Shown here: piece by piece, positions 29,663-40,242 of the stretch | Position numbering within the stretch: the stretch's first letter is position 1 | How the letters are laid out: every line of letters starts with the position of its first letter | Assembly: GCA_041640715.1 (NCBI GenBank) | Contig: JBEPZU010000003.1 | Coordinates: forward strand, 12,826-76,825 | Direction of reading: 5' to 3' | DNA from: Thermoproteota archaeon | Lineage (GTDB): Archaea > Thermoproteota > Thermoprotei > Gearchaeales > Gearchaeaceae | Length of the DNA stretch: 64,000 nt | The notes under the pieces: generated by a model | Database searches by the model: none | Told to the model about the DNA's origin: nothing | What the model saw: the letters and a program-made list of their open reading frames with translations, nothing else | Made by a program: the position numbers and the translations under genes

Positions 29663-30700
29663 ATGAAAGCGGCTTTCATAAGGAGACATGGAGGCCCTGA
29701 AGTAATAGAATACGGAGAATTAGAAGATCCTGTCCCCAAGCCTGGTGAAGTACTCGTGAAGATATTGTTCTCTTCTATTAACAGGATAGATACTCTGGTT
29801 AGACAAGGTTATCCTGGGATAAAAATAGAAATGCCCCATATACTAGGCGTAGATGCGATAGGATATGTTGAGAAAGTAGGCGAAAATGTAGGTAATATAA
29901 ACAAAGGAGACATGGTCATGGTTTATCCCATTGTTAGTTGCGGTGTTTGCGAAAATTGTTTGAAAGGAATGGAGAATAGATGCACGCAGTGGAAGATGAT
30001 AGGATTTCAATATAGAGGGGCTAATGCAGAATATATAAATGTTCCTTCAAGGAACATCATAAAACTCGAAGATGGTTCAAATCCAGAGAAATATGGCGTC
30101 CTCCCGCTAGTACTTTTAACTAGTTGGAGATCTCTTGTTACATTAGGAAGCATAAATAAAGATACTACCATCTTCCTTTGGGGAGGCAGCTCTGGTGTAG
30201 GTACGATATCTATTCAAATAGCTAAGTATTTCGGCGCAAAGGTGATAACAGCTACAAGCTCAGATTGGAAAGCTGAAAAACTCAAGGCTTTAGGTGCAGA
30301 TTTGGTTCTCAATTATTTAAGAGATGACATACTGAGTAAAGTCAGAGAATTCACCGATGGATATGGAGTAGATTTAGTCATAGATCCTGTAGGTTCTGAG
30401 CTTTCTAGATCTCTCGACTTAGACTTGGCTAAAGTTGGAGGTAGGATAATATTTTACGGAGTTTGGAAAATGGATTCTTTTCCTATAAATTGGAGGAGGA
30501 TTTATTTGAAGCATTTATCGATAATAGGTTTTCATACAGGGGGGAAATGGGAACTAATGGAAGCCCTTAAGTTAGTTAAGAAAGGCATAATACAACCTGT
30601 GATTTACAAAACCCTTGATTTAGAAGAAGTTGCTAATGCCCATCGAATTCTTGAAAGCGGCGAAGTATTCGGTAAGATAGCCATAAAGATTTCTAGATGA
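29663..30700 (+). CDS. Zinc-binding alcohol dehydrogenase family (MDR) oxidoreductase.
   Basis: 345 aa. The structural-zinc Cys cluster is VSCGVCENCLKGMENRC. The NAD(P)-binding motif is GGSSGVGTISIQIA. Confidence 0.85.
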   Translation: MKAAFIRRHGGPEVIEYGELEDPVPKPGEVLVKILFSSINRIDTLVRQGYPGIKIEMPHILGVDAIGYVEKVGENVGNINKGDMVMVYPIVSCGVCENCLKGMENRCTQWKMIGFQYRGANAEYINVPSRNIIKLEDGSNPEKYGVLPLVLLTSWRSLVTLGSINKDTTIFLWGGSSGVGTISIQIAKYFGAKVITATSSDWKAEKLKALGADLVLNYLRDDILSKVREFTDGYGVDLVIDPVGSELSRSLDLDLAKVGGRIIFYGVWKMDSFPINWRRIYLKHLSIIGFHTGGKWELMEALKLVKKGIIQPVIYKTLDLEEVANAHRILESGEVFGKIAIKISR

Positions 30701-31305
30701 TCAAGATTCCTTCATTAGCTCTTCTTTTAGCTCCTTTAATAGCCTGGCCTTTAGTCTTCGTAGTATTAAGCGAGATATTCGTTTTCGCAATGCTTTTTGC
30801 TACGATAATTTTAGGAACGACATCTTATTTTCTATTCAAAGATGAAATTCGCAAGACTTTCGTAAGAAGCAATAAACTCACTGTTATTCTAGTAGGTTTC
30901 ATCGCTTCTTTACTACTTTACGGTATATTCTATTTAGGCGGATATCTAAGCAATTACCTAGGACTTGGCAACTTAGTTTCAAGTGTCTATGATATTTTGC
31001 TTGGAATTGATAGGATAGCCTTAGCTTTCTCTCTGATAGTAATAGGATTCATGGAAGAAGTATATTGGAGAGGTTTTCTTCAAGGGGTTTTCTTGGTAAA
31101 TAAAAGCTTTCCTTGGTTAATATCTTCGATATACTATTCGCTAGTTCACTTAGTGACTTTCAACGTGATCTTGGTCATCGCTGCTTTAATAGTGGGGTTG
31201 ATAACTGGTTATATAGCATATAGATTTGGAGTAGCGTCCTCAATAATAACCCATGTAGTTTGGCTTCAATTAATTATAGTAATATTTCCTATATTATTAT
31301 CATGA
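30697..31305 (+). CDS. CPBP-family (CAAX protease/Abi) intramembrane metalloprotease.
   Basis: 202 aa polytopic. EEVYWRGFL is the EExxxR motif and SLVHL is the FxxxH motif. It overlaps neighbours by ATGA on both sides. Confidence 0.7.
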   Translation: MIKIPSLALLLAPLIAWPLVFVVLSEIFVFAMLFATIILGTTSYFLFKDEIRKTFVRSNKLTVILVGFIASLLLYGIFYLGGYLSNYLGLGNLVSSVYDILLGIDRIALAFSLIVIGFMEEVYWRGFLQGVFLVNKSFPWLISSIYYSLVHLVTFNVILVIAALIVGLITGYIAYRFGVASSIITHVVWLQLIIVIFPILLS

Positions 31306-32219
31306 GTTACGTTAAAAGAACGAATTTAAGAATACTGATCGACGCTATTAAAATAAGTAGACCTTGGAGTTTCCTTATGACTATAACTTCGGTTTCTTTA
31401 AGTACTGCATATGTTTATTATGAAAAGGGCATTTTCGACTTATTGATATACTTATTAGTATTGCTAGGTGCAGTTTTAATCCATGCTTTCATTAATGTAT
31501 CCAACGATTATTTTGATACTTTATATAAAATAGATATACCTGGAGCTCCGACTACGAGATATAGGCCGCATCCAATAGTAGCTGGTTTATTCACTCCAAG
31601 ACAAACATTCGCAATATCTTTGGGGTATATAACTTTAGCGCTAATTCTAGCTTTAATCTTTTTGTTTTTCCTAGAAAGGCCTTGGATAATTTTAATAGCC
31701 GCCATAGGGGCGTTGATATCCTTTGAATACACAGCTCCCCCGCTTAGATATAAGTATAAAGGTATTGGGGAGTTGGTCGTCTTCATAGGATGGGGACCTT
31801 TGATGTTTATAGGCGCTTACTATGCCCAAACAGGCATAATTCCTTCAACCTCAATTCTCGTATCAATTCCGATAGGTCTTTACGTAGCATCTGTTCTCTT
31901 AATAGATGGAATAAGGGATTATGAATACGATAAAAGCTCCAACATAAAAACCTTGCCTATATTGCTAGGTAGAAATACAGCGCTAAAGCTTTATTTCTCA
32001 ATAACCACCATTCCTTTTGTAGCGGTAGTTTTACTCATCTTATTCAACTTACTTCCCATCACTAGCTTGATAGTATTCCTAAGCCTTCCTAGGCTGATCA
32101 ATTTGATGAGGATCTTTTCAAAGGAAGTTCCAGACATAGCTGCACCTCTTACTGCCCAATTCACCTTATTCTACGGTATTCTTTTAATTGCAGGAATAAT
32201 CTTAGGGGCGTTAATTTAA
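31302..32219 (+). CDS. UbiA-family prenyltransferase, MenA-like, second paralogue.
   Basis: Asp-rich motifs are NVSNDYFDTLYKID and DGIRDYEYD. The start is reassigned to MSYVKRT at 31302, giving an ATGA overlap with the CPBP stop. Confidence 0.75.
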   Translation: MSYVKRTNLRILIDAIKISRPWSFLMTITSVSLSTAYVYYEKGIFDLLIYLLVLLGAVLIHAFINVSNDYFDTLYKIDIPGAPTTRYRPHPIVAGLFTPRQTFAISLGYITLALILALIFLFFLERPWIILIAAIGALISFEYTAPPLRYKYKGIGELVVFIGWGPLMFIGAYYAQTGIIPSTSILVSIPIGLYVASVLLIDGIRDYEYDKSSNIKTLPILLGRNTALKLYFSITTIPFVAVVLLILFNLLPITSLIVFLSLPRLINLMRIFSKEVPDIAAPLTAQFTLFYGILLIAGIILGALI

Positions 32220-32241
32220 TTTTTTTGAATAAATCATACCC

Positions 32242-32766
32242 ATGAAAGAATCTAAAATTAGACCCGTATATGCTGAAGCCTTTTTCAAAGTATCGAAAGA
32301 TGACATCTCCTATTATTTAATTTTTGATTATTTAGACGAAGAAAGATATTACGAGAAACTCTTCAGAAAAGAAGAGGAATTGGATAAAGAAATGAATAAA
32401 TTATACTATAACATGCAGAATTTTCTAGACGAAGAAAAGGTGATTGTAAACGGTGAAAGATGCAGACCTAGGGTAAGAATGGTCGATTTAAATTTCAGAA
32501 ATGGTTATGATAGGGTTAGCATTGTTTTCTTGATAAGCTTTCCTGTAAAACTCAAAAAGAGGGGTAATTATTATGAAAACGAATATGCTTCAGAGGTTGT
32601 AGAATACAATTATAAAGTTTATTGGTTTTTCCCAGAAGGCAGCGAGATAATCGAAGTCGATATGGAGGAAGACTATGAAATTCTAGATAAGAGAATTTTG
32701 GTAATATATGGTAAAAAGGGCAATAAGAGCTCTGGATATGAAATGATCTCCTTCAATCTTAAATAA
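32242..32766 (+). CDS. Hypothetical soluble protein.
   Basis: 174 aa, charged and Tyr-rich, with no recognisable motif. Confidence 0.35.
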   Translation: MKESKIRPVYAEAFFKVSKDDISYYLIFDYLDEERYYEKLFRKEEELDKEMNKLYYNMQNFLDEEKVIVNGERCRPRVRMVDLNFRNGYDRVSIVFLISFPVKLKKRGNYYENEYASEVVEYNYKVYWFFPEGSEIIEVDMEEDYEILDKRILVIYGKKGNKSSGYEMISFNLK

Positions 32767-32787
32767 AATTTCCTGATAAGTAATACA

Positions 32788-34311
32788 ATGGAGAGGACCA
32801 AGTTAAATATTTCTTCTGAGATATTCAGGCATATTTACAATGAAGCAGAAGGTATACCTTTCTTCAAGGTCTATTTGAGTGGAGAATGGTCCTATTCTCC
32901 TTTAAGTTTTGAAGTAAAAAGTCCTATAGACATGAACGTGATAGCCAAAGTCGCAAAGCCTAACATGGATATGGTCAATTTAACACTGGATATTTTATAT
33001 AAGAAAGGGAGATGGGCCATCCGAGAAACTCCTGGAGAAAAGAGGCTTAGGATATTCAACAAAACTGCTGATTTGCTTGAAGAACATAGAGAAGACTTCC
33101 TAAATGTATTAATAATAGGTAACGGTAAGACTAGATCTTCTGCTAACGGGGAGATAAATGCCTCTATAGAAAGGTTGAGAAGAGCGGATATGGATATTAG
33201 GAGAATGTATGGAGAATACGTGCCTGGGGACTGGAGCAGTGAAAGTCTTGAAAGCGAAGCTACTATTAGGAGGGAACCTTTGGGCTTGGTGCTAGCAATA
33301 ACTCCTTTCAACTATCCTTTGTTCGATGTAGTTAACAAACTAGTGTATTCAGCTGTTGCAGGAAATGCTGTAATGATAAAACCCAGTCTTTTAACTCCTT
33401 TACCTGCGATAATGATAACACGACTCCTTGAACTTGCAGGATTTCCCAAGGAATCATTAGCCGTACTTACCATTTCAGGAAGCGAGACTGAAGGAATATT
33501 AAGCGATAAAAGGATTGCAGCCATAACTCTTACAGGTAGCTCTGAGACTGGTGAGAAAGTAATAAAGGCTAGTGGTATAAAGAGCTTCATAATGGAGCTA
33601 GGAGGAGGAGATCCTACTATAGTTTTAGATGACGCAGATCCTGAATACGCAGCTAGTAGGATAGCTATAGGTATAACTAGTTACTCAGGTCAAAGATGCG
33701 ATTCTATAAAGCTTATCCTTGTTGAGAAACCAATCTATGAAAAACTTAAACAAAGGCTTATAGAGGAATTAAAGAAAGTGAAGGTAGGAGATCCTAGAGA
33801 ACCAGATGTATTCATGGGGCCTTTGATTGAAGAAAACACTGCTATAGAAATGATTAATGCAATAGAAGACGCTACTTCCAAAGGAGGCAAGATACTCTAT
33901 GGGGGTGAAAGAGAAAAGAATTATGTTAAACCAACACTCATAGAAGCAAGTAGAGACAATGTGAAGGATATGTATCTTTATAAGAAAGAAGTATTTGCGC
34001 CTATAGCTTTATTGGTAGAAATAGAAAATCTTGAACAGGCCATAGATTTATCAAATGCAAGAAGATACGGATTGGATGCGGCGATCTTCGGGAATGACAT
34101 CAATAAGATTAGGAGACTGATAAGGATGCTTGAAGTAGGCACTATATACATAAACGATTATCCTAGGCATGGTATTGGTTACTTTCCTTTCGGCGGAAGA
34201 AAGGATTCTGGAATAGGTAGAGAAGGGATAGGGTATTCTCAGGAATACGTGATGGCTTATAAGACCATTGTTTATAGCTATAAAGGAAAGGGTATTTGGG
34301 AATATCTATAA
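32788..34311 (+). CDS. Aldehyde dehydrogenase family, possibly GAPN-type or glyceraldehyde dehydrogenase.
   Basis: 507 aa. FNYPLF, ELGGGDP (the ELGGKSP equivalent) and catalytic Cys in SGQRCDS are present. Confidence 0.85.
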   Translation: MERTKLNISSEIFRHIYNEAEGIPFFKVYLSGEWSYSPLSFEVKSPIDMNVIAKVAKPNMDMVNLTLDILYKKGRWAIRETPGEKRLRIFNKTADLLEEHREDFLNVLIIGNGKTRSSANGEINASIERLRRADMDIRRMYGEYVPGDWSSESLESEATIRREPLGLVLAITPFNYPLFDVVNKLVYSAVAGNAVMIKPSLLTPLPAIMITRLLELAGFPKESLAVLTISGSETEGILSDKRIAAITLTGSSETGEKVIKASGIKSFIMELGGGDPTIVLDDADPEYAASRIAIGITSYSGQRCDSIKLILVEKPIYEKLKQRLIEELKKVKVGDPREPDVFMGPLIEENTAIEMINAIEDATSKGGKILYGGEREKNYVKPTLIEASRDNVKDMYLYKKEVFAPIALLVEIENLEQAIDLSNARRYGLDAAIFGNDINKIRRLIRMLEVGTIYINDYPRHGIGYFPFGGRKDSGIGREGIGYSQEYVMAYKTIVYSYKGKGIWEYL

Positions 34312-34315
34312 ATAT

Positions 34316-35362
34316 TTAACTTATTTTCAAAGCTACTTTCAAAGCTTTTTTCTTCTCAGCCATCTCAAAAGCCTTAGGAGCCTCATCTAGACTTATATAA
34401 TCTGAAATCAACCTGCTAGGATCCAATCTTCCTCCTTTTATAAGCTCGAGCAAAGTAGGGCCATATTTTATTGGATCTCCTATGGAGAAATTAAGCCTCT
34501 TCTCTGTAAGCCAAAGTTGTCCTGCAGGAAATGTAGGATATTCAAGAACATGGAAACCTATCACAGAGATTCTTCCTTTCTTCCTAGCGAGCTCTATAGC
34601 AGTCAATAAGACATCTTGAGAACCTCCTACTGCTTCTATTACTAAATCCGCACCTCTACCTTCAGTCAAGTTCCTAACCTCTTCTGCTACGTTAGCTTTG
34701 CTAGCATCTATGACTTTCATTCCTAGTTCTTTGGCCGCATTCAACCTCCTCTCCACGAGATCTATGGCTATGACTTGGGAAGCTCCTAGGATTTGAGCGC
34801 ACATCCCCGCTAACAAACCTATGGGTCCGCAGCCTAGTATTGCTACAGTATCTCCTACTTCTATCCTTCCTTCTACAACCCCTGCGAAAGCGGCAGGAAG
34901 ACCATCGCTTACCATAAGAGCTTTTTCATCGCTTATTTCATCTGGTATCTTCATGAGCATCGTGTTAGCGTAGGGAACTCTTACTAACTCTGCATGAGCT
35001 CCTTGATAGGTTTCTCCATAAACAGGACCCATTCCGAATATGTTTATCCTTTCACATTGAGTATAGAATCCGTGTTTGCAGTACCAGCAATTTCCGTCTG
35101 CTATCCAACATGAGACTACGACTCTATCTCCCTTCTTGAATCCTTTAACAGCGCTTCCTACTTCTTCTACTACGCCGATGAACTCATGTCCTATTATGTC
35201 TCCAGGAGTTATAGTTATGTATCCCTTATAAACGTGCAAATCTGTGCCGCAAACACCAGCTAAGGTAGGTCTTACTAAAGCATCATCTTCTCTTAATAGC
35301 TTGGGTTTTTCGACATCTTCAACTCTTATATCATAGGGATTATACCATCTTGCAGCTTTCAT
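34316..35362 (-). CDS. Zn-dependent alcohol/polyol dehydrogenase (MDR family).
   Basis: 348 aa. GVCGTDLHVY, GHEFIGVVEEVG and the structural Zn motif CWYCKHGFYTQCE are present. Confidence 0.85.
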   Translation of the reverse strand: MKAARWYNPYDIRVEDVEKPKLLREDDALVRPTLAGVCGTDLHVYKGYITITPGDIIGHEFIGVVEEVGSAVKGFKKGDRVVVSCWIADGNCWYCKHGFYTQCERINIFGMGPVYGETYQGAHAELVRVPYANTMLMKIPDEISDEKALMVSDGLPAAFAGVVEGRIEVGDTVAILGCGPIGLLAGMCAQILGASQVIAIDLVERRLNAAKELGMKVIDASKANVAEEVRNLTEGRGADLVIEAVGGSQDVLLTAIELARKKGRISVIGFHVLEYPTFPAGQLWLTEKRLNFSIGDPIKYGPTLLELIKGGRLDPSRLISDYISLDEAPKAFEMAEKKKALKVALKIS

Positions 35363-35799
35363 GCTAAGAATTCGGTAGGTACTTTCTTAAGGGCATTGAC
35401 GAAGGCTGCCGATGCAGCGGCATTGGTTATCAGTTTGAATACATTGCCTTTAGCCTTAAGCCTTCCAGTCATGATCGCAGTGGTAGGTCCTAGTTCGCCC
35501 AAAGCTATTTTCTTCATGTTTTCATAACTTCCTGTCAAGATAATAGGGGATTCTTTTTCGTTAGGATCATTCAAGAATTCATAGGATCTACATTGACCAT
35601 GATATAGATCCAATCTTACAGTAATCTTATCTCGATTGAAATATTCTTTAACAGGTTGTGGGAGGTCTGTGACCACCAAAGTTATAGGATCTTCCCAGTT
35701 TTTAGCAGCATTGTTATATTCTTTATCAGAATTTAGAATTTGCATGAATGCATCGAACCATTCTTTAGATCCAAATATAAATTTTTTGGTGCTCATGTT
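35359..35799 (-). CDS. SCP2 sterol-carrier-like domain protein.
   Basis: IMTGRLKAKGNVFKLITNAAASAAF resembles the SCP2 C-terminal signature. The likely start is MSTKKFIFGS at 35799. It has an ATGA overlap with the upstream ADH. Confidence 0.55.
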   Translation of the reverse strand, partial: NMSTKKFIFGSKEWFDAFMQILNSDKEYNNAAKNWEDPITLVVTDLPQPVKEYFNRDKITVRLDLYHGQCRSYEFLNDPNEKESPIILTGSYENMKKIALGELGPTTAIMTGRLKAKGNVFKLITNAAASAAFVNALKKVPTEFLA

Positions 35800-35955
35800 G
35801 TAGATATCTTTTTGCTTAATATAAGTTTTCAATAGTTTAATTGTAATAATTCTGGGATTTACTAACAATTACTTTTATTACTATCTTCCAAGAACAAAAC
35901 TTATGTATATCCTTTGCTTGTTACCACTGCAGAGACGTTATCGCGTGAAGTTGGA

Positions 35956-36768
35956 TTATTCTAAGTAATTAGGTATTGAAGGGTATTTGTTCCAGAAATC
36001 AGGGTCATGGCATATCACTATCTTAGCTTTATTCGCCTTTTCCCAAACCTTTAGCTGCTTAACGAAGGTCAACCATTCATCGTAATCTGATAAAAGCCAA
36101 CCTTTTGATTCTAGCTCCAATTCCCTAGGTAAGTGTATATGATCTGCGGTGAAGAAGTAAGTATTGTTCTTTTTCGTTTTGACAGCAAGTACGGTATGAC
36201 CGGGCGTATGGCCTCCTGAGAAATAAAGTCTTATTCCTTCTGCTATTTCAAATACTGGAAGATCGACTATATACCAGTTAGCACCTTTTAGATCATTTAA
36301 GTTGGCTGATTGATAAGCCCCTTCCTTTCCCATCCATAATAACATCAAGGCTGTTTGTAATTCCTTTTTATTGACTATTAGCGGTGTCTTTTGATCTTTA
36401 AACAAATTAGTTTGACCTACATGATCGAAATGAAGGTGAGAGTGTATTACGAAAGCTATATCGCTTGGTTTAAGACCCAAGCTTGAAAGTTGCATTTCTA
36501 ATTTATTTCTTTCCTCAAACTTTATCACAGGGAAAGCTTCTAGTACTGCTTTAGTGTGGGTTTGCCATGCATCCGGGGCTACTCCTGTATCGAACAACAA
36601 ATAACCTATATCCGTATCTAGTATTGCACCAGTAACTGGGATTTCGACCCAAGCTCTCTGTGGGCTTCTTTCACTATATGTCATTGCTCCCCATCCGGGC
36701 AAAAACCAACCGCCATCTCCTGCAAGCCATCCAAAATCTGTTAAATAAATTCTTTTAACTACAGACAT
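35956..36768 (-). CDS. MBL-fold metallo-hydrolase, lactonase-like.
   Basis: 270 aa. The metal-binding motif is HSHLHFDHVGQ (HxHxDH), with downstream His and Asp ligands. Confidence 0.8.
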   Translation of the reverse strand: MSVVKRIYLTDFGWLAGDGGWFLPGWGAMTYSERSPQRAWVEIPVTGAILDTDIGYLLFDTGVAPDAWQTHTKAVLEAFPVIKFEERNKLEMQLSSLGLKPSDIAFVIHSHLHFDHVGQTNLFKDQKTPLIVNKKELQTALMLLWMGKEGAYQSANLNDLKGANWYIVDLPVFEIAEGIRLYFSGGHTPGHTVLAVKTKKNNTYFFTADHIHLPRELELESKGWLLSDYDEWLTFVKQLKVWEKANKAKIVICHDPDFWNKYPSIPNYLE

Positions 36769-36808
36769 ACCATAAAAAAGTTTTTTAGATATTTAAAAAT
36801 AAATAAAC

Positions 36809-38104
36809 ATGGCATCTTATGTTACGTATTCGCAATTTAACGACCCAGTTTTTACGATTTCTCTCCCACAAACAATAAAATTCGGTTATGGAGTAAGTAA
36901 GGAGGTAGGTTATGAAGCTAAGAGGCTTGGACTCAAGAAAGTTTTACTGGTGGTAGGTAAAAGACTTATAGAAAGTAAAATTTGCGAAGAAGTAAGAGCT
37001 TCTTTAGAAAACGAAGGAATAGAAGTTTCAATAACAGATAGAGTGAGGATAGAACCTGAAGATGAAGCTTTAATCGATGCTTATAAGGACATTAAGGACA
37101 AAGACTTGGACGGATTTGTAGCTTTAGGAGGAGGGTCTACGATAGACACGGCTAAGATGTTGAATTTGCTTTATACATACCCAAGACCTTTGGAGGATTA
37201 TATAAACAAACCTGTAGGTAAAGGGATTATACCTCCTGGACCTTTGAAACCTCTAATAGCTATACCTACCACTGCAGGAACTGGAAGTGAAAATACTAGC
37301 GTGGCTATACTCGACGTTAAAGAACTTAGAGTTAAAACTGGAATAAGTAATCCATACATGAGACCTACAGTAGCTTTGATAGATCCTTTAACTACGATTT
37401 CATCACCTCCAATGGTCACCGCTTCATCAGGATTGGATGTCTTGAATCATGCCCTCGAATCCTTCACTTCAAAACCTTATACAGCTAAGCCTTCGATAAA
37501 GAACCCTGGAGAAAGACCTGTTTACTCTGGTTCAACGCCTTTAGGAGATCTTTTCGCAGTTAAAGCTATGGAATGGGTTAAAAAATATATAAGAAGAGCT
37601 TTTGCAGATCCTTTAGACTTAGAAGCAAGGTATTACATGATGTTAGCCGCAAGCATAGCTGGAATAGGATTTGGGCATGTAGGAGTACATGTTCCTCATG
37701 CAATGGCATATCCTATTGCAGGTAATGTTAAAGGATACTATCCTCCAGATTACGAATTCGGTTACCCAATAGCTCCTCACGGAATATCCACTGCTATCCC
37801 AGCGAGCTATGCGTTTAGGTACTTGGTTCCTTATAATATAGATAAATTCAAAGAAGCAGCTAAAATCTTGACCGGCGAAGAACTGGAAGATGCCAAGGAG
37901 ATAGGCAATGCGATATTTGAATATTACATTAAACTTCTAGAAGAATTAAGCGTTCCTATTAACTTAGGAGAGATAGGTTTCGCTAGAGCAGATTTAGATA
38001 TTCTAGTAGATGGAACCTTAAAGCAACAAAGGTTGCTCGTATTATCCCCTAAAACTCTGACTAAGAAGGATTTAGAGAAAATATTCATAGAAGCGTTAGG
38101 ATAA
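36809..38104 (+). CDS. Iron-containing alcohol dehydrogenase family.
   Basis: 431 aa. GGGSTIDTAKM and the His-rich metal site HVGVHVPHAMAY are present. Confidence 0.85.
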   Translation: MASYVTYSQFNDPVFTISLPQTIKFGYGVSKEVGYEAKRLGLKKVLLVVGKRLIESKICEEVRASLENEGIEVSITDRVRIEPEDEALIDAYKDIKDKDLDGFVALGGGSTIDTAKMLNLLYTYPRPLEDYINKPVGKGIIPPGPLKPLIAIPTTAGTGSENTSVAILDVKELRVKTGISNPYMRPTVALIDPLTTISSPPMVTASSGLDVLNHALESFTSKPYTAKPSIKNPGERPVYSGSTPLGDLFAVKAMEWVKKYIRRAFADPLDLEARYYMMLAASIAGIGFGHVGVHVPHAMAYPIAGNVKGYYPPDYEFGYPIAPHGISTAIPASYAFRYLVPYNIDKFKEAAKILTGEELEDAKEIGNAIFEYYIKLLEELSVPINLGEIGFARADLDILVDGTLKQQRLLVLSPKTLTKKDLEKIFIEALG

Positions 38105-38327
38105 ATTCTCTTTTTCCTCATAGATCGGTTCTATTGCTTAATAATATTATATGACTTAGCAACCGTTAATTTCGAAATTAATAAAAATGTCTTCAGTGTA
38201 GATTATCTTATTAATCTTCGTAGTTTACCCCATTTTAGCAACTGCTTTTCATTCATGTTTTAAATTCTCAATAGAAGTTTTCAAATAATCAACGAAATCT
38301 TATTTGCGAAAAGAAGCATTAGAGTAG

Positions 38328-39887
38328 CTAAGCGGTCCTAAGGTATTCCTCTGGAATTATATTACCAATATTGAGTATTAGATGAGGATCGAAGGTTTTC
38401 TTTAATCTGGCCATTTGCAGCAATACTTCCTCGCTGTAAAGCAAAGAGATTAATGGCTTCCTAATCCCTCCTTCGATATAATACTTCTTACCTACGCCAT
38501 GCTCTGCGCTTATAGTCCCACCTAGCTCTACTGCTTTCTTGAGCAACTTCAAAACGTTTTTTTCAGCGATCCTTTGCTCATCATCATTTCTTGGTAAGAA
38601 GTTAAAATGAAGGTGGAAATTACCTATATGACCGAAGAGAACGTATTTTATCCCTGAACTTTTACCTACTTGATGATAATACTTATACATTTCTTCGAAT
38701 CCAGATTCAGGCACTGCTATGTCTGTTGCTATTTTACGCGTTCCATGTAATCTCAAGAACTCATTAACTCCAGCAGGTAGTGCATGTCTTATTTTCTTAG
38801 CTTCTTCAATTATAGAAGCTTCTGCATCGAAACTAGAGAGCAATTCGTTTAACATTTCCAACTGTTTCATTTCCTCATCTTCGTTTTTCGATTCTATTTC
38901 CAAGTCTATTATAGCTTTCGCATTAGCAGGTATTTGTTCGCTATACCTTTCTCTTAGAAAATCTAAGGAATTTTCATCGAAAAATTCTACAGCGATGACG
39001 TTCAATTCTTCTTCCCTAGCTTTCTTACGCATTAACTTAGAAAATCTAACTGCATTATATTCTTCTTTGAAATAAGCGAAGATCGGAGTTATCCTATTGG
39101 GCTTTTTTATCAACCTTACTTCTATCTCGCTTATGACCCCTAAAGTTCCTTCAGAACCTATGAACAAATCGATCAAATCATCGCTTATGAAATAACCTGC
39201 AGCGTTCTTCTCTACTTTAGGTATCTCATAATTAGGCAGTTTAATGCTCAGTTCTCCTTTGGAAAGTTTGAGTTTGAACTCTTTATCTTTTGCTAAGTTT
39301 TCACCTCTTCTTATTTCTATAACCTCAACTATCGGTAGCACTATTCTAAGCCTTTTAACGTAATCTCTTGTTGAACCATATTTAAAGGTCCTTGATCCTG
39401 ATGCATTAGTTGCTACGTTTCCTCCTAAAAGCGAGCTCTCTTCTGTGGGATCTGGGGGATAGAATAATCCTTTGCTTTCAACCATCCTTTTGAACACGTA
39501 CAAAGGTATTCCAGGAGGCGCCTTAGCGTAATATTCCCCTTTCTCATCAACTCCTATGATTATAGAATAAGTCCTGCCGAATTCGTTTGTCTTTATGAGC
39601 TCTTCATTTTTTGAAGCCTTAGCTCTTACTTCAGAGAACTCTTCCATTGAAACTATAATCCCTCCTAAAGGAACACGCGAACCAGTTATTCCTGTGCCTG
39701 CTCCTGAGATCGTTATTCTTTTAGATTTAGATATCGCTTCATTGATAACTTCAACGATCTCATGTTCATCTTCAACGATTATTAGCTCGTCGGCAAAACC
39801 TTTAATTATCCTTGATTCATCATATAAATACTTTTCAATTATTTCGTCATAATATCTTTTCATCATATTTAATTGAAATTTCCTCAT
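38328..39887 (-). CDS. FAD-linked oxidase (GlcD / D-lactate dehydrogenase family).
   Basis: 519 aa. The FAD-binding PCMH motif is ITISGAGTGITGSRVPLGGIIVSMEEF. The C-terminal FGHIGNFHLHFNF and SAEHGVGKKY match the family. Confidence 0.85.
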   Translation of the reverse strand: MRKFQLNMMKRYYDEIIEKYLYDESRIIKGFADELIIVEDEHEIVEVINEAISKSKRITISGAGTGITGSRVPLGGIIVSMEEFSEVRAKASKNEELIKTNEFGRTYSIIIGVDEKGEYYAKAPPGIPLYVFKRMVESKGLFYPPDPTEESSLLGGNVATNASGSRTFKYGSTRDYVKRLRIVLPIVEVIEIRRGENLAKDKEFKLKLSKGELSIKLPNYEIPKVEKNAAGYFISDDLIDLFIGSEGTLGVISEIEVRLIKKPNRITPIFAYFKEEYNAVRFSKLMRKKAREEELNVIAVEFFDENSLDFLRERYSEQIPANAKAIIDLEIESKNEDEEMKQLEMLNELLSSFDAEASIIEEAKKIRHALPAGVNEFLRLHGTRKIATDIAVPESGFEEMYKYYHQVGKSSGIKYVLFGHIGNFHLHFNFLPRNDDEQRIAEKNVLKLLKKAVELGGTISAEHGVGKKYYIEGGIRKPLISLLYSEEVLLQMARLKKTFDPHLILNIGNIIPEEYLRTA

Positions 39888-39933
39888 TAATAGGTTGGAA
39901 AAGTTTTTATTTTACGAACATTAATCTACGCAT

Positions 39934-40242
39934 ATGTCTGAGCAAATAAGCGAGAAAGAAGTCATTGAAGCTTTGAAGAATTGTTATGATCCTGAGATAC
40001 CTTTTAACATAGTAGATCTTGGATTGATTTATGGTCTCGAAATAGAAGATCAAAAAGTTAAGATAAAAATGACTCTCACTTCTCCCTTCTGCCCAGTAGC
40101 TCCTTTAGTAATAGAGCAAGTTAGAGAAGAAGTGATGAAGGTCAAAGGAGTAAAGGAAGTAGAAGTAGAGCTTGTATGGGAACCTAGGTGGACTCCTGAT
40201 AGGATGAGCGAAGATGCTAAACTCGCTTTGGGTCTTATATAA
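39934..40242 (+). CDS. DUF59 / MIP18-family (SufT-like) Fe-S assembly protein.
   Basis: 102 aa. CYDPEIPFNIVDLGLIY with a conserved Cys in TSPFCP. Confidence 0.75.
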   Translation: MSEQISEKEVIEALKNCYDPEIPFNIVDLGLIYGLEIEDQKVKIKMTLTSPFCPVAPLVIEQVREEVMKVKGVKEVEVELVWEPRWTPDRMSEDAKLALGLI

